A stretch of DNA of 64,000 nucleotides, taken from assembly GCF_902713615.1 (NCBI RefSeq), contig NC_052158.1, positions 80,546,822 through 80,610,821 of the forward strand, given 5' to 3'. Below, piece after piece: positions 10,976 to 24,789 of the stretch. The translations under genes were made by a program, and so were the position numbers. Under the pieces are notes generated by a model. It made no database searches, was not told the origin of the DNA, and saw only the letters and a program-made list of their open reading frames with translations. Source of the DNA: Scyliorhinus canicula (taxonomy: Eukaryota). The stretch's first letter is position 1, and every line of letters starts with the position of its first letter.

Positions 10976-11830
10976 ATGGCATTGGTGAGACCACATCTAG
11001 TGTACTGTGTACAGTTTTGATCTCTTTATTTAAGAAGAGATACACTAGCATTGGAGGCAGTTCAAAATAATTTACATTTTGATTCTGAGGATCAAGGGGT
11101 TGCCTTAGGAGAGAAGTTTGAGTAAGTTGAACCTGTATTTATTGGAGTTTAGAAGAATGAGAGGTAATCTTACTGAAACATGTAAAATTTTGAGGGGGTT
11201 GTGACAGGGTAGATCCTGAGAGGGACAGGACGGAAGCATAGTGGGTAGCACAGTTGCTTCACAGCTCCAGGGTCTAGGGTTCGATTCCCGGCTTGGGTCA
11301 CTGTCTGTGTGGAGTTTGCATGGTTCTCCCCGTGTCTGCATGGGTTTCCTCCGGGTACTCCGGTTTCCTCCCACAGTCCAAAGATGTGCAGGTCAGGTGG
11401 ATTGGCCATGCTAACTTGCCCTTGGTGTCCAAAAAAGGTGGGGTTACTGGGTTACGGGGATAGGGTGGAGGTGTGGGCTTGGGTGGGGTGCTCTTTCTAA
11501 GGGCCGGTGCAGACTCGATGGGCCAAATTGCCTCCATCTGCACTGTAAAGACTATGATTCAATGAGAGGATGTTTGCCTAAGTTTCAAAATAAGGTGTCT
11601 CCCATCCACGATGGAGATGAGGAAGAATTTCCTCTCTCCGAAGGTTTGCAATTTTCTTCCCCAGGCTGGGTGACTGAATATGTTGAATGTTGAGTTGGAC
11701 ATTGCTGACCCAGAAGGGAGTCAAGGGTTTTGGAGGTAGGCAGGAAAGTGGAGCTAAGATTACACTCAGATCAGCCAGGACCTTAGTGAACAATGGAGCA
11801 GGCATGAGAAGTTGATAAGTCTACACCTGT
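10976..11830 (+). mobile_element. CR1 3' fragment (continues from 9310-9377), with nested SINE
   Basis: LVRPHL..CVQF, LEFRRMRG motifs. Confidence 0.8.
11222..11562 (+). mobile_element. HE1-type V-SINE (older copies also at 17355-17555 + and 25388-25640 -)
   Basis: tRNA head, V-domain, CR1-like tail. Confidence 0.9.
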
Positions 11831-14800
11831 TCTTATTTTTATTATATACTTATGTTTTTAACCCAGTCATTAACAGGGCAAAGAAATATCTCATTATAAA
11901 AAATCTTGTCACAAATTATACATTTTAATTACCAGTCACAGAAATATAGGGAGAAATACCGGGAGATCAATCTCACAGTATAGAAATCCACCCAGGATCC
12001 AGTTACATTCTACAGGTCATTCATTCTCCTGATTCTAACAGGGCGGTGTGTGCAGGAGTATATTTAATTATCAATGTCTATATTATGCCCGGAATCCCCA
12101 TTCAGCATTAGTAATCCAACTCCCAATAATCAAGCACTTTAAGAAAGGCGTTTATATCCTTAACCTACTAATATTCCAGATGTGTGCAGGAGAGAGAAAG
12201 CGAGGTGGAGCAAACTGTCTCCCGTTTCACCCGATTTTTAAAAACTCATTAGTTTTACGATCTGAACTTTTAAGTGTTTACAGGGTCGGCTTTGACAAAT
12301 AGCCGGACAACAAAAATGCAGTCAGTTAGAAAACAAGAATTGTCCTTTTTGACATGAAAGAAGTTGTGGCATTTAGCGAAGTTCAGAAACTTCAGGCAGA
12401 AGTGAATATTGACAAGGACAATGGAAGATGCCGAGAAAATTTCAACTAGAATCCATCAGGCAAAGATATGTGTTCGTGGACGAAATGGAATGAAGCTCTA
12501 AAGGTGATTATAAGGAGGTTGCCGTTGTCAGTACACGGCCGAAATGTTCATTCACTGAAGGAAATCGTCCCATTAAAAAATATAAATTCCAAATCAAAAC
12601 AGGATTTACTTAAAACAGGGTGCATTTACCCCGAACGGCGAATATGGACGGCCAGTTATAATGAGGTGAAGTCAGAAATTGCCCTCACCGCGAATTGCAA
12701 CTTACAAAAATACATTTCAATTTCAGTAGTTTGTTAAAAGTTCAGAATTTAGGATAAAATAAAGCCATAACCCGTTTTTGTAACTTCCCTTTATAAAATA
12801 AACGGGGAGAATTCAACCCAGTCGCAGCAGGATTGCTTCGGCACTGGAAGAGTCCATTCGGCCCATCGTCTTGGCACCGGTCCTGCCCTGGGATTTGAAC
12901 CCGGGACATCTCGCAAACCCTCTGCTGGAAGCGAGCATCATAAGGTGCCAAACAGGTCCATAGCAAAAGGCGTACTTAAACATAGGGATCTTTCCATATT
13001 CCTTTTTAATTTTAATTAATATTGCAGTTTAATTTTCAGTTCACATTTAAAACCTGCTTGAATTTACCAAGTGCAGTTTCACATTAAATCAATTTTAGAT
13101 TGACACATATAAATATCTCATTTATCCTTTAGCAGCAATAGAGAGAACCGCGCCGGCAATCCCCTAAATACATTTCGAGTGATCCCCAGTGATCACTTAC
13201 CTGGAGATAGACACTGTCTAAAATTCCCTTCTCATAATAACCAAGAGTTTGCAGCAAATAAAGACTGGGCTGTAATCACGGTGCAAACTCTGGCTGAGTC
13301 TCTATAAATCCCAGAGTCATTACAGGCAACGCGACAATAATCTGCTGAGCGACATCAGAACAAATTAATTCCTTAAAGAATAACAGAGGATGCTGGAAAT
13401 CCTCAGCAGGTCGGGCAGCATCTGTGGAGAGAGAAAGGGTTAAAGTCACGGTTTGTATTTCAGATTTCCAGCATCTGCTGTATTTGTTTTTGCTCCACTT
13501 CAATTCTTTAACGGTTCACCCAGATTTGAAGCTAGACCCACTTCACCACCCACACTTCACACCCGGTTAACTTTAACAGTAAAAGTAATTTGAAAAATCA
13601 TTACCGGGAAATCGGTGAATGAATTTCACTTCAATCTGAGTGTATACGGGAGGTTTCCAAACTGTTTTAATTTTGTTCCCGCTCTTTACTAACTCCGGAA
13701 ACTCGTTTATCTTGTGGGAAATTCTGGGTCAAATCTTTCCTCCAGCTCTTTTTTTCCTGCCTTCACTCTGAAAAAAGGACGCGGTTTCTAGTCAGGGAGT
13801 TGGTGATGACCTATCCCTCCGTCTCCCCCTCTCCCCCTCACTGTCTCTGGACCATGTGTCCAGCAGCGAGTCTCTCAGTCTCCGTCTCTGAGACTCACTC
13901 ACTCCTCCCCGACTCGCAGCGTCTTTCTCCCAAGCGGCTCCTCTCAATCTCTGAGCAACGTCCTGAACCCGGGGCCACCAACAAGAACAGCTCTGGCTGA
14001 GTGGCGTGGGGGTCAACTCTGTCCACTCACAGACACGCTGGCCTGCAAGTGATTCTGAGCTGTGGACATTGGAAATCTAGGATGTGAAATTTAGAAAGGG
14101 ACACCTCGTGAATTCAGATATACGTGTGGGTGTGGAGCTGTGTTCAATGACGAGCATATACACATTCTTGACACTTTAAATCACTTGGCCGAGCTGAAAT
14201 TGTTTTTATATTAATTTTTTCCCCTGTCTGTTTAATCTCTTCCAAAGACCAGTTAATTGTCAGCCTGGCTGTGTATGTCAGGTTGGTACCATTACATTCT
14301 GGGTCACAATCCTGCAACTCCCTCGCTAACAGCACAGTGGGTTTACTTACACCATAAGGGCTGCAGCGGTAGAAGAAGGCAGTTCCCCAGCACCTTCTCA
14401 AGGATAAATAGGGATGGGCAACATATGCTGGCTTAGCCAGCGAAGCCCACAACCAGTAAAAAGGAATTTTTTAAAAACAGGGTCCGAATCACCCCAGGAT
14501 GATCTCAGAAGTAGGGCAGAGAGGTTCTTATTCTATTTCTCCCAGGGGTCCTATAAATCATTTACTGATTGTTAGTAACAACCATATAATTAACCAGAAA
14601 AAAAAGTTCAGAATTGTGATTATCATCCGTTTCCTGACCTTCCTTTGGATATTGTATCAACTTGCCAAATAATTTGAAATGTGTAATTATACAAAACAAT
14701 TATTTTGATCGACAGGTCAACAGAATGCAATGTGAAAATCTTAATGTTAAAAATGCCATCTCACCCACTGCCGTGTTGCTGTGCATCTACAAACTTTCTA

Positions 14801-15810
14801 CACTTGTGTGGGCGAATCGAGATTTCTATCTTTCATCTCTTCATTTGCCACATTTCGCTGGCGTGTGGGCTGATTTGATGTTTACAAAGTGCGAACACCA
14901 ATTCCTGCTGCACTGGACTACAAAGGATAAGCACCCAGCATCTTTTGTTCAAAACAAAAACAAAAGCCGCTCTTATTTAAGAAATTGTGTGTTTCCAGCC
15001 ACTTCCTGTAGAATAACGCCACCATCTGATTGTGTAAGTATACTTACTGTCCTACACTTTTTCCATTCAGCTCTTGGAAATACATTAACAAAATAGGACC
15101 ACCAGTGCTGCCCACGGAGAGTGTGTGTGTGGGAGGGTCTTTTGCTTTCCATCACACTAATATGAGACAATTAGACATGTTTATTTTGCACACAAAGCTA
15201 TAAACAATGTCCAGATTTAGACAAATTTGGGTCGGTCTAAATGCGTTCTTTTGAGAACATGCAAAACTACTGTTAACTAATTTTATTTTCAATCAATTCA
15301 GGTTAGTTATGTAATTATTTCTGAGGTATTTTTTGGTTAAAATTGAAAATAATGGATGTCACCATGCACAGTGCAGGCAAACCATTGTCCAATGTCGGAG
15401 TGTAGGCAGACAACTCCTAGGAGTGGTTGTCCTTATTCCTTGGAGAGAGACTGACACATTTGAGCCCCTCAAACCACTCTTGTCAAATCCCCATTTCTTG
15501 GGTCTGACACTTCTATATAATGATGTGGAGGAATTGGCACAGTAAAAGGTCTTACAACACCGGTTAAAGTCCAACAGGTTTATTTGGAATCACGAGCTTT
15601 CACCTCGACACTCACCTGATAAAGGAGCTGCGCTTGATTAAGGAAATCACGTGTAATAAGGTTAAAGTTAAAAGAGGAAAATAAAAGAACCTTAAAATTA
15701 AGCTAAAAAATGAAAAATGGCTGTTGTTTACTGCAACGCTATTGGTGACCAAGAACTGCATGTGTTCATTTCTGGTAGAATCCTTGCCATTACCTTTTAA
15801 GTACAGAAGA

Positions 15811-16146
15811 AGCGGTGGCGTAATGGTATTGTCACTGGGCTAGCAATCCAGAGAACCAAAATCATTCTTTGGGGACCTGGGTTCAAATCCTATTTTGGCA
15901 GATGGTGAAATTTGAATTCAATAAAAACCTGAAATTAAAAATCTAAAGATGGGATGAAACGATTGTCGTAGAAACCTGTCTGGTTCACTAATGTCCTTTA
16001 GGGAAGGCAATCTGTTGTCCTTACCTGATCTGGCCTACATGTTGACTCCAGATCCACAGCAACGTAGTTGACTCTTAAATGCCGTCAGGGATGGGTAATA
16101 AATGTTGGCCTAGCCAGCAATACCCACATCCCATGAATAAAAAAAA
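15811..16146 (+). mobile_element. tRNA-derived SINE type E (also 56373-56750; split copy 47659-47847 + 52525-52680)
   Basis: B-box ggttcaaatcc, core ctggttcactaatgtcctttagggaagg..ctggcctacatg, 3' tail shared with the LINE ends at 14400 and 36020. Confidence 0.85.
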
Positions 16147-18505
16147 CAAGAATGAGATACAACCACAGTGTTTAACTAAACCATGTGAAAAATGACATTT
16201 TCCACATGACTTGTAAAAATGAGAACTGGTGATTTATAATTCCTGAGATGTCAGTTAAAGAGTGTAATAATTCATAATGAATATAAAACTATTAATATAC
16301 CCAGTGTTTGCTCATAGAATCATGGAATGACCCAGCACACAAGGGAAACCATCACATCTATGTCAATTCTTTCAAAGAGATATTCACTTAGGTCCATTTA
16401 GCTGTTTACCTATGGCCCTGCAATTCTTCCTCACCATAAACTTATACAATTCTTTTCTGAAAGTTACCTTCACCTCCCTTACAGGCTACACATTCAAGAT
16501 CATAACAGGCTGAGGTAAAAAATGCCTCCTCAACTTTGCCTCTGGTTCTTTTGTCAATTGCCTGAAATCTGAGCCCTCTTAGTACCGATCCTTCTGCCAC
16601 TGAAAACAATCTCTTTATTTACCAAAGCAAGCTATATTGTTTTTGAATATCACTATTATGATTTAGCATTTCTTTTTTGCTTTTGTATCTTGGTAGTCAT
16701 GAAGATCTATCTAAACAACACTCATGATTTACAATTGCCAGGCAATGACCATCACCAATGAAAGAAAATGCCATCTACATCTCCATAACATTCAACAATG
16801 TTACCACCACTTAATCACCCACTATCAACATCCTGCTGGTCACAATTGGTGGAAACTGAACTGGCCCAGCAACATAAATGCTGTGACTCAAGAGTAGGTC
16901 AGAGATTGGCAAGTCCGCAGCAAATAACCCACCTTCTGTTTCCCAAAAGCCTGTCCAACATCTACAAGGTACAAGTCAGGTGTATGATGGAATGCACAAT
17001 AATAGTGAAGTAGGTAATTGCAGATACTGTCACCATCTCAGTAAGAAACATGAATCTGGGCACTTTTGATCTTTCCCAGCTGTGAAGTCCAGAGTGTTCC
17101 GGGGTGTTTTCATGATGTCGGAGATGCCACTTGTCTTGCAACCAGGAGGGTTTCTCCATTGCTTTGGATCTTAAAACATTTTAAAGCACTTTGCTCTGTC
17201 TCAGTTCAAAATGCAAAACTTTCCAGTCAGCTGAAAAGATAAAGGGGCATAGCCCCAGGACAGATGGCCCATTAGCAGGTTGTGTAGGGTAATTTTTATA
17301 TGGTGCACACTGCTGCCATTGTGCAGCAGTGGTGAAGAGGGTGAATATTGAGGTGCACAATCCAAAGATGTGCAGGTTAGGTGGATTGGCCATGATAAAA
17401 ATTGTCCCTTAGTCCTCAGGGCTGTGCAGGATAGGTGGGATTACGGGGATAGGGCGGGGGAGTAGGCTAAGGTAGGTTGTTCCTTCAGAGGGTTGGTGCA
17501 GACTCGATGGGCTGAATGGCCTCCTTCTGCACTGTAGGGATTCTATGATTCTATGACAAGGTGCCAAACAGGTGGATTGCTTGGTGTTGAGCGTCTGAGT
17601 TTTCTCTCATTCAGGGAAGTGGAGAACATTCCATTGAGGAAAAGAGAAACATTTCCTATAATCTATAATCAGAGAAAGAAGTAGGCCAATCAAGAAGAAA
17701 TCATTAAGTGGTGACAAGTTTCAAAAGCCTACAGGTTGCAATGGGAAGGCTAGGCATCAGAAAGTGATGTGAAACAATAACAATGATTAAACAAGTTAAC
17801 ATTACATTGCCAAAGAAATAGACACTGATCTGATTTACACTAAATTAGGCATTAGAAGAATGCATTTAAACACAATAATACAAAGTATGCACTTACAGTG
17901 TGACACAGAATAACTGGCCCACATTCGCAGCTCCATGAATATTCGTAGAGGATTCTGGTCTGATTTGGTTGAGAGGATTCTTCCTTTCAACCAAACCAAC
18001 AAAGTCTGCTTTCCTAAATGGACCCCAAATCAACTCCAAGGCTATCAATTAGATTGAAGAATTTTCAGGGTTTATTATGAACAAAGAATAAATAGCTTCT
18101 CAGGCTCACATTATTTTCTCTGCAACTATTTTTTGTGTTATGAAGTAGATCTATCTTGAAGATAAATTGTATAATTGTATAATTGAAGAAATGTATAATC
18201 AGAAAGAATGCATGATAACATACTGCTTCCTGGATTTTAAATCCAATAATTTGGATATGATTCTCCATCATGGAGATGTTTTCGTAGGTATTGTTGCAAG
18301 CCTGACAGTATGACTTGGACTTTGGGTGCATTAAAGCGCATTCAAACCAAATGACATGAGATCTCCTCCATTAAAACATATTCTGATGTTCAATCAGACT
18401 TGGTGTCCAGCTTATTCTTTGCATATTTTGGGTACTGCACACATTGAGTGCTGACGTCTTGTGCTAATATTGTGGGAAAACAGAAAACACCATCCACACT
18501 ATTGG

Positions 18506-19030
18506 AAAAACAAAATACTACGGATGCTGGAAACTGAAATAAAAACAGAAAGTGCTGGAAGTATTCCACAGGTTAGGTAATATCTGTGGAGAGAGAAACA
18601 GAGTTACAGTTTTAGATCTGTCACCTTTCATCGGAAGTGAGAAAACCTAAAAAGTGATAGGTTTTGAGCAAAGGGGAGGGGGATGAACAACAGAGGAAAG
18701 GTGTGTGAGGGGTGGAGGGCAGGATTGATTAAATAATAAAAGATACAAAAAAAACAGAGGGAGTGGCAGTGGAACATATAAAGAAACAAAAGGTTTGTCT
18801 AAATTAGGTATGAATGTCAAGATAACAGCTGTCCAAATGCAAAGTAAAGAGATTAACAAGAGAATAAAACTGAACCAGCAAAAAGCCATGAAACAAACTG
18901 GGGGCAAATGTAATGATCAAAAATTGTTGAACTCAGTGTTGAGTCTCAGAAGATTGCCAAGTACCGAGTTGAAAGATAAAGTGCTGGTCCTCAAACTTGC
19001 ACTGAGCTTCGTTGGTTTAGACGTCAGCCA
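18506..19030. mobile_element. Penelope-like element fragment (related pieces at 13385-13495, 57990-58080, 15543-15635)
   Basis: gatgctggaaa..tgaaataaaaacagaaa.tgctggaa...tctgtggagagagaaacagagtta block recalled from shark Penelope pseudo-LTRs; decayed hammerhead core. Confidence 0.6.
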
Positions 19031-19439
19031 TGAAGATCAAGCAGCCTGCTTTCATTTGGCATTAAAACATAGACGCAACAGAATTACTGATAGAATTATC
19101 TGTCTCTCTTACCAGTCCTGACTTGTCCCTTGTAGATAATAATAATAATCTTTTATTAGTATGACAAGGAGGCTTATATTAACCCTGCAATTAAGTGACT
19201 GTGAAAATCCCCTAGTCACCACACTCTGGTGCGTGTTCGGGTTCACTGAGGGAGAATTCAGAATGTCCAAATTATCTAACAACACATCTTTTGGGACTTG
19301 TGGGAGGAAACGGAGCACCTAGAGGAAACCCGCGCAGACACGTGGAGAACGTGCAGACTCTGCATAGACAGTGACCCAAGCTGGGAATCGAACCTGGGAC
19401 CCTGCCGCTGTGAAGCAACAGTGCTACCGAGCCGCCCAT

Positions 19440-19940
19440 TGGGAGTCAGGACGTTACTCACCACAGGATTCTTAACTCATGAGCTGATCTTGCAGCCATG
19501 ATATTTATATAGCTGGACCATTTAAGTTGCTGGTCAATGGTTGCCCCGAGAAAGTTGATAGCAGAGAATTCAATAATGAATGTTAAGGGGCAATGGTTAG
19601 ATTCTCTCTTGTTGGAAATGAGCATTGCCTGGCATTTGTATGGCACCTGTTACTTGCCATTGTCAGTCCAAAACTTTGATATTGTCCAGGTCTTGCTGCA
19701 TTTGGACATGGACTGCTTTGGTTTCTGTTAGTTACGAATAGTGCTGAACCTTGTGTATTCATCCTCGAGCAGCCCCACATCTGATGTTATAATGGAAGGA
19801 AGGTCATTGATGAAGCAGCTGAAGATGGTTGGGCCGAGGACACTAACTTGAGGAACCCGTGCAGTGACGTCCTGAAGCAGAGGTGATTGACCTCCAGCAA
19901 ACACAGCCATTTTTCTTTGTGCCAAGTATGACTCCAACCA
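19440..19940 (-). mobile_element. CR1/L2-group LINE RT fragment (same family at 16730-17000; 3' ends at 14295-14470, 30650-30900, 35905-36080)
   Basis: VPQ.SVLGPTIFSCFINDLPS motif; the shared 3' block ..cttctcaagggcaattagggatgggcaa.. links the 3' fragments. Confidence 0.75.
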
Positions 19941-20370
19941 TCATCAAATACTTGATAATAACTCAGAAGTTTCAGTATGAATCCTTGACTCTAGATTTAT
20001 TTGAAATTCAGGTATCATTACAATGCAGAAATTACTTGGCAGCCACGCCAATGCCGTAGGTCTAAATAAACCATAAAAATACTGATACATATATGTCCTG
20101 GCACTGACAGTGCTTGGCCCTTCTTATCTCTGTCTTCAGTCTCAACAAAAACTTTTATTTCTCTTGTTTAATAGTCCATCCTGCAGACTGTGATGTTCTG
20201 AACTCTCAGGATAAAAGAACATGAAGTTGAAGCTCGTGGGGTTGAATACAAATACCAATGCAGGTTTATTAAATAGCTGTTAACTGTGCAAAGGCTTGAT
20301 CGAGCCTGAGGCAAAACCCAGGATGCAGGACCCAGATGTCACAAAGTATCATGTGACTAAATCTTTAAGT

Positions 20371-22810
20371 TGTGGCGATTTCGGAGACATGGGTAGAGCA
20401 GGGACAGGAATGGTTGTTGCAGGTTCCAGGATTTAGATGTTTCTGTAAGAACATAGAAGATGGTAAAAGAGGGGGGGGTGTGGCATTGTTAATCAAGGAA
20501 AGTATTACGGCGGCAGAAAGGACGTTTGAGGACTCGTCTACTGAGGTAGTATGGGCCGAGGTTAGGAACAGGAGAGGAGAGGTCACCCTGTTGGGAGTTG
20601 TCTATAGACCTCCGAATAGTTCCAGAGATGTTCCAGAGAGGAAAGGATAGCAAAGATGATTCTCGACAGGAGCGAGAGTAACAGGGTAGTTGTTATGGGG
20701 GACTTTAATTTTCCAAATATTGACTGGTAATACTATAGTTCGAGTACTATAGATGGGTCAGTTTTTGTGCAGTGTGTGCAGGAGGGTTTTCTGACACAGT
20801 ATGTAGACAGGCCAACAAGGGGCGATGCCACATTGGATTTGGTACTGGGTAATGAACCCGGCCAGGTGTTAGATTTAGATGTAGGTGAGCACTTTGGTGA
20901 TAGTGATCACAATTCGGTTATGTTTACTTTAGCGATGGGCAGGGATAGGTACATACCGCAAGGCAAGAATTATAGCTGGGAGAAAGGCAATTATGATGCT
21001 ATTCGGCAAGATTTAGGATGTATAGGATGGGGAAGGAAATGTGGAGCTTTTTCAAGGAACAGCGACTGCGGGTCCTTGATAAGTATGTACCTGTCAGGCA
21101 GGGAGGAAGTTGTCGAGCAAGGGAACCATGGTTTACTAAGGAGGTTGAAGCACTTGTCAAGAGGAAGAAGAAGGCTTATGTTAGGATGAGACATGAAGGC
21201 TCAGTTAGGGCACTTGAGAGTTACAAGTTAACCAGGAAGGATCTAAAGGGAGAGTTAAGAAGAGCGAGGAGAGGACACGAAAAGTCGTTGGCGGATAAGA
21301 TCAAGGAAAACCCTAAGGCTTTCTATAGGTATATCAGGAACAAAAGAATGACTAGAATAAGATTAGGGCCAATCAAGGATAGTAGTGGAAAGTTGTGTGT
21401 GGAATCAGAGGAGATAGGGGAAGCGTTAATTGGATATTTATCGTCAGTGTTTACACTGGAGAAAGACAATGTTGTCGAGGAGAATACTCAGGTACAATCG
21501 CCCAGGCTAAATGGGATTGAGGTTCACAAGGAGGAGGTGTTAGCAATTTTGGAAAGTGTAAAAATAGATAAGTCCCCTGGGCCAGATGGGATTTATCCTA
21601 GGATTCTCTGGGAAGCCAGGGAGGAGATTGCAGAGCCTTTGTCCTTGATCATTATGTCGTCTTTGTCGACAGGAATAGTTCCGGAAGACTGGAGGATAGC
21701 AAATGTTGTCCCCTTGTTCAAGAAAGGGAGTAGAGACAACCCTGGTAATTATAGACCTGTGAGCCTTACTTCGGTTGTGGGTAAAATGTTTGAAAAGGTT
21801 ATAAGAGATAGGGTTTATAATCATCTTGAAAAGAACAAGTTGATTAGCGATACTCAACACGGTTTTGTGAAGGGTAGGGCATGCCTCACAAACCTTATTG
21901 AGTTTTTTGAGAAGGTGACCAAACAGGTGGATGACGGTAAAGCGGTTGATGTGGTGTATATGGATTTCAGTAAGGCGTTTGATAAGGTTCCCCATGGTAG
22001 GCTATTACAGAAAATACGGAAGTATGGGATTGAAGGTGATTTAGTGGTTTGGATCAGTAATTGGCTAGCTGAAAGAAGACAGAGGATGGTGGTTGATGGC
22101 AAATATTCATCCTGGAGTTCAGTTACTAGTGGTGTACCGCAAGGATCTGTTTTGGGGCCACTGCTGTTTGTCATTTTTATAAATGACCTGGAAGAGGGTG
22201 TAGAAGATTGGGTTAGTAAATTTGCAGATGACACAAAGGTCGGTGGAGTTGTGGATAGTGCTGAAGGATGTTATAGGTTACAGAGGGACATAGATAAGCT
22301 GCAGAGCTGGGCTGAGAGGTGGCAGATGGAGTTTAATGGAAAGGGTTCAGAGGAGATTTACTAGGATGTTGCCTGGTATGGAGGGAAGGTCTTACGAGGA
22401 AAGGCTCAGCGGCTTGAGGTTGTTTTCGGTAGAGAGGAGAAGGCTGAGAGGTGACTTAATAGAGACATATAAGATAGTCAGTGTTAGATAGGGTGGACAG
22501 TGAGAGTCTTTTCCTCGGATGGTGATGACCGACACGAGGGGACATAGCTTTAAATTGAGGGATGGTAGATATAGGACAGATGTCAGAGGCAGTTTCTTTA
22601 CTCAGAGAGTAGTAGGGGTGTGGAACGCCCTGCCTGCAACAGTAGTAGACTCACCAAATTTAAGGGCATTTAAGTGGTCACGGGATAGACATATGGATGA
22701 AAGTGGAATAGTGTAGATCAGATAGGCTTCAGATGGTTTCACGGGTCGGCGCAACATCGAGGGCCGAAGGGCCCGTACTGCGCTGTAGTGTTCTATGTTC
22801 TATGTTCTAT
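20371..22810 (+). mobile_element. CR1-clade (HER1-like) LINE, 5'-truncated ORF2 with internal deletions
   Basis: APE endonuclease motifs (ISETW, YRPP, LDLVL, SDH) and RT ([25 protein letters not shown]); (TTCTATG)n tail; flanked by TTAAGT duplication. Confidence 0.95.
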
Positions 22811-23972
22811 TAAGTGATCACTCAACACACAACAACAACCCCACATATATAACATTCCTTTCCTTCTTTGGTCCCAGAACAACAATTAACCATAGTACTT
22901 GTATATGGTCATCAAAATATATATATGAGAGCAGGAAATTAATTACACAATAATAATACAGCTAATAGGAAAGACAATCTAGTGGGCATCTACACCGCAC
23001 TGATTGCCTGTGTACTTTAAGGATTTAGTTGTTCTTGACCTCAGAGGTACACTCCGGGTCTTCAGAGGATGCCACTACCCAGGAAGGCCTCACAGTTTCT
23101 TGTGTAGAAGGGAGAGTAGTAGCAGCAAGGGGTTCTTTGGCAATTTTGGTATCTGCTGATTGACCAGAAGTAGCAGTCACACGGTCTGATATTATGGAGG
23201 GCAGTTCATCCAGAGGTAGTTCTGGCACACACAGTACTAGCACATTGATGTATGTAGATAACAATTGGCTTTTATGTCGCCTCCACACTAACTCATCTTG
23301 TGTTTGTACTGTACAGGAGACAGGGCCAATTTCAGCCAATACAGTTACACAGGGACCCACTTCTCGCTGATGGTATAGATGCGTGCCATCACTTGCTCTC
23401 CTTATCGAAAGAAGTGCCTTTAGGAATTACCTTCTCTTCTTAGGATTTGTGACTGCTGATTGCATTCTACTATCTTGGACGTCTCCTGCGGCAAAAAAAG
23501 ATCAAATGCAATTCTCAGCTTCCTCTTCAGCCGTAGTAAAGCTGGGAAACTGAGCAATTGCATGTGTGGTGTAGTGATACCTCACCTTTCTTGAGTAACT
23601 AAACAGTTACTCAAGAAACTGTTTAGTTGGCAATTTAATGAACCTTGGTCCTTGGAGGATTTCAGTGCATGCGTCAAGAACTGGACAAACCTTTCGGCAA
23701 AACCAGTCGTGGATGTGTGGTAATGTGCTGATTTTATGAGTTGGATATTACTCATCTTTAGATGGTTCTCAAACCCCTGAGCAGTGAATTGTGGGCCGTT
23801 ATCACTCATGATTTGTTCTGGTTTCCCAAATTAGGCAAAAATCTCATCAAGCTTTTGCATGGTTTGTTCCATAGTTGTTGACTTCATTAGGACCACCTCA
23901 GGGCATTTGGAGTGTGCATCTATGACAACCATGAACATGTGCCGTTTGTATGGACCTGCAAAGTAATTGTGT

Positions 23973-24789
23973 TGTTGCTCATTATGCTTTCCTTAATTTG
24001 CTCTGTTTTAATTACGTTTGCTCAAGAGTCGCCAGGTATCTTTCTGATACCACCACAAGGTTCAAAACCGAATACTGATCAATGACTCGATACACCAGTT
24101 AGTAAGTTTGAAATCAATGCTCATTTATTTACACACACAGTCAATTATTACTCATGCACAAACTCTACTCACTAAACTACAACTACTACTAATAGCCTAT
24201 ACTTAGCTTCGGGTGCCCACTCAGTCAGAGGAACAATGGCCGTTGTCCGATTCTGATACTGCTGGCTTCGAACTGGTATAGAATAGTAGCGAGGAGCGCC
24301 TATCTCGTAGCGTGCGCTGACCTTAGACTTACTTGGCTGGTGCTTGGCGGGCCTCTCGTCACTGAGAGCCAAGGCCAAGGTGAAGGTGAAGAAGAAGAGC
24401 GATCTGACTTTGGGGACTCTTCTTTGTACCCTAAAGGGTTTCGCGCCTGGGTGGTTCCTGAACTTGGCCCCAATCATTTGTATTGATTCTCTCCAATAAA
24501 GGGGTTGTTCCTCGATCACTGGGTAACCGTTGGCCTGCCTTTGTTTTAGTCTCCACTGGCGCCGGGTAGTCTGCCCTGGTACCGATTACTTAAATGTTTC
24601 TCTTTTGTCCCTGGAGATAGCTCATTACTATGCTAATGGCTTGTAGTATCAGTTCTGTCTGGGAGCTGCAAGTTCCAATCCACAAGCAAACCTTGCACCT
24701 GCCTGTTTTCCTAGCACTATCCAATTTTCCCTGTACTCTTTGCAAGTGCCCATTTTGAAATCGGGTCGTGGCCACCCCAGGTGGCTACA
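23973..24789 (-). mobile_element. solo LTR (817 bp) inserted in Gypsy integrase
   Basis: TG...CA termini with 4-bp TSD GTGT. Removing it restores the integrase reading WKHLH-NYFAGPYK. Confidence 0.88.

Noticed and set aside
21018-22364. 448-aa RT ORF as an active LINE or domesticated gene
   Set aside because: 5'-truncated, with stops and frameshifts in the endonuclease and a deletion removing the C-terminal RT region.
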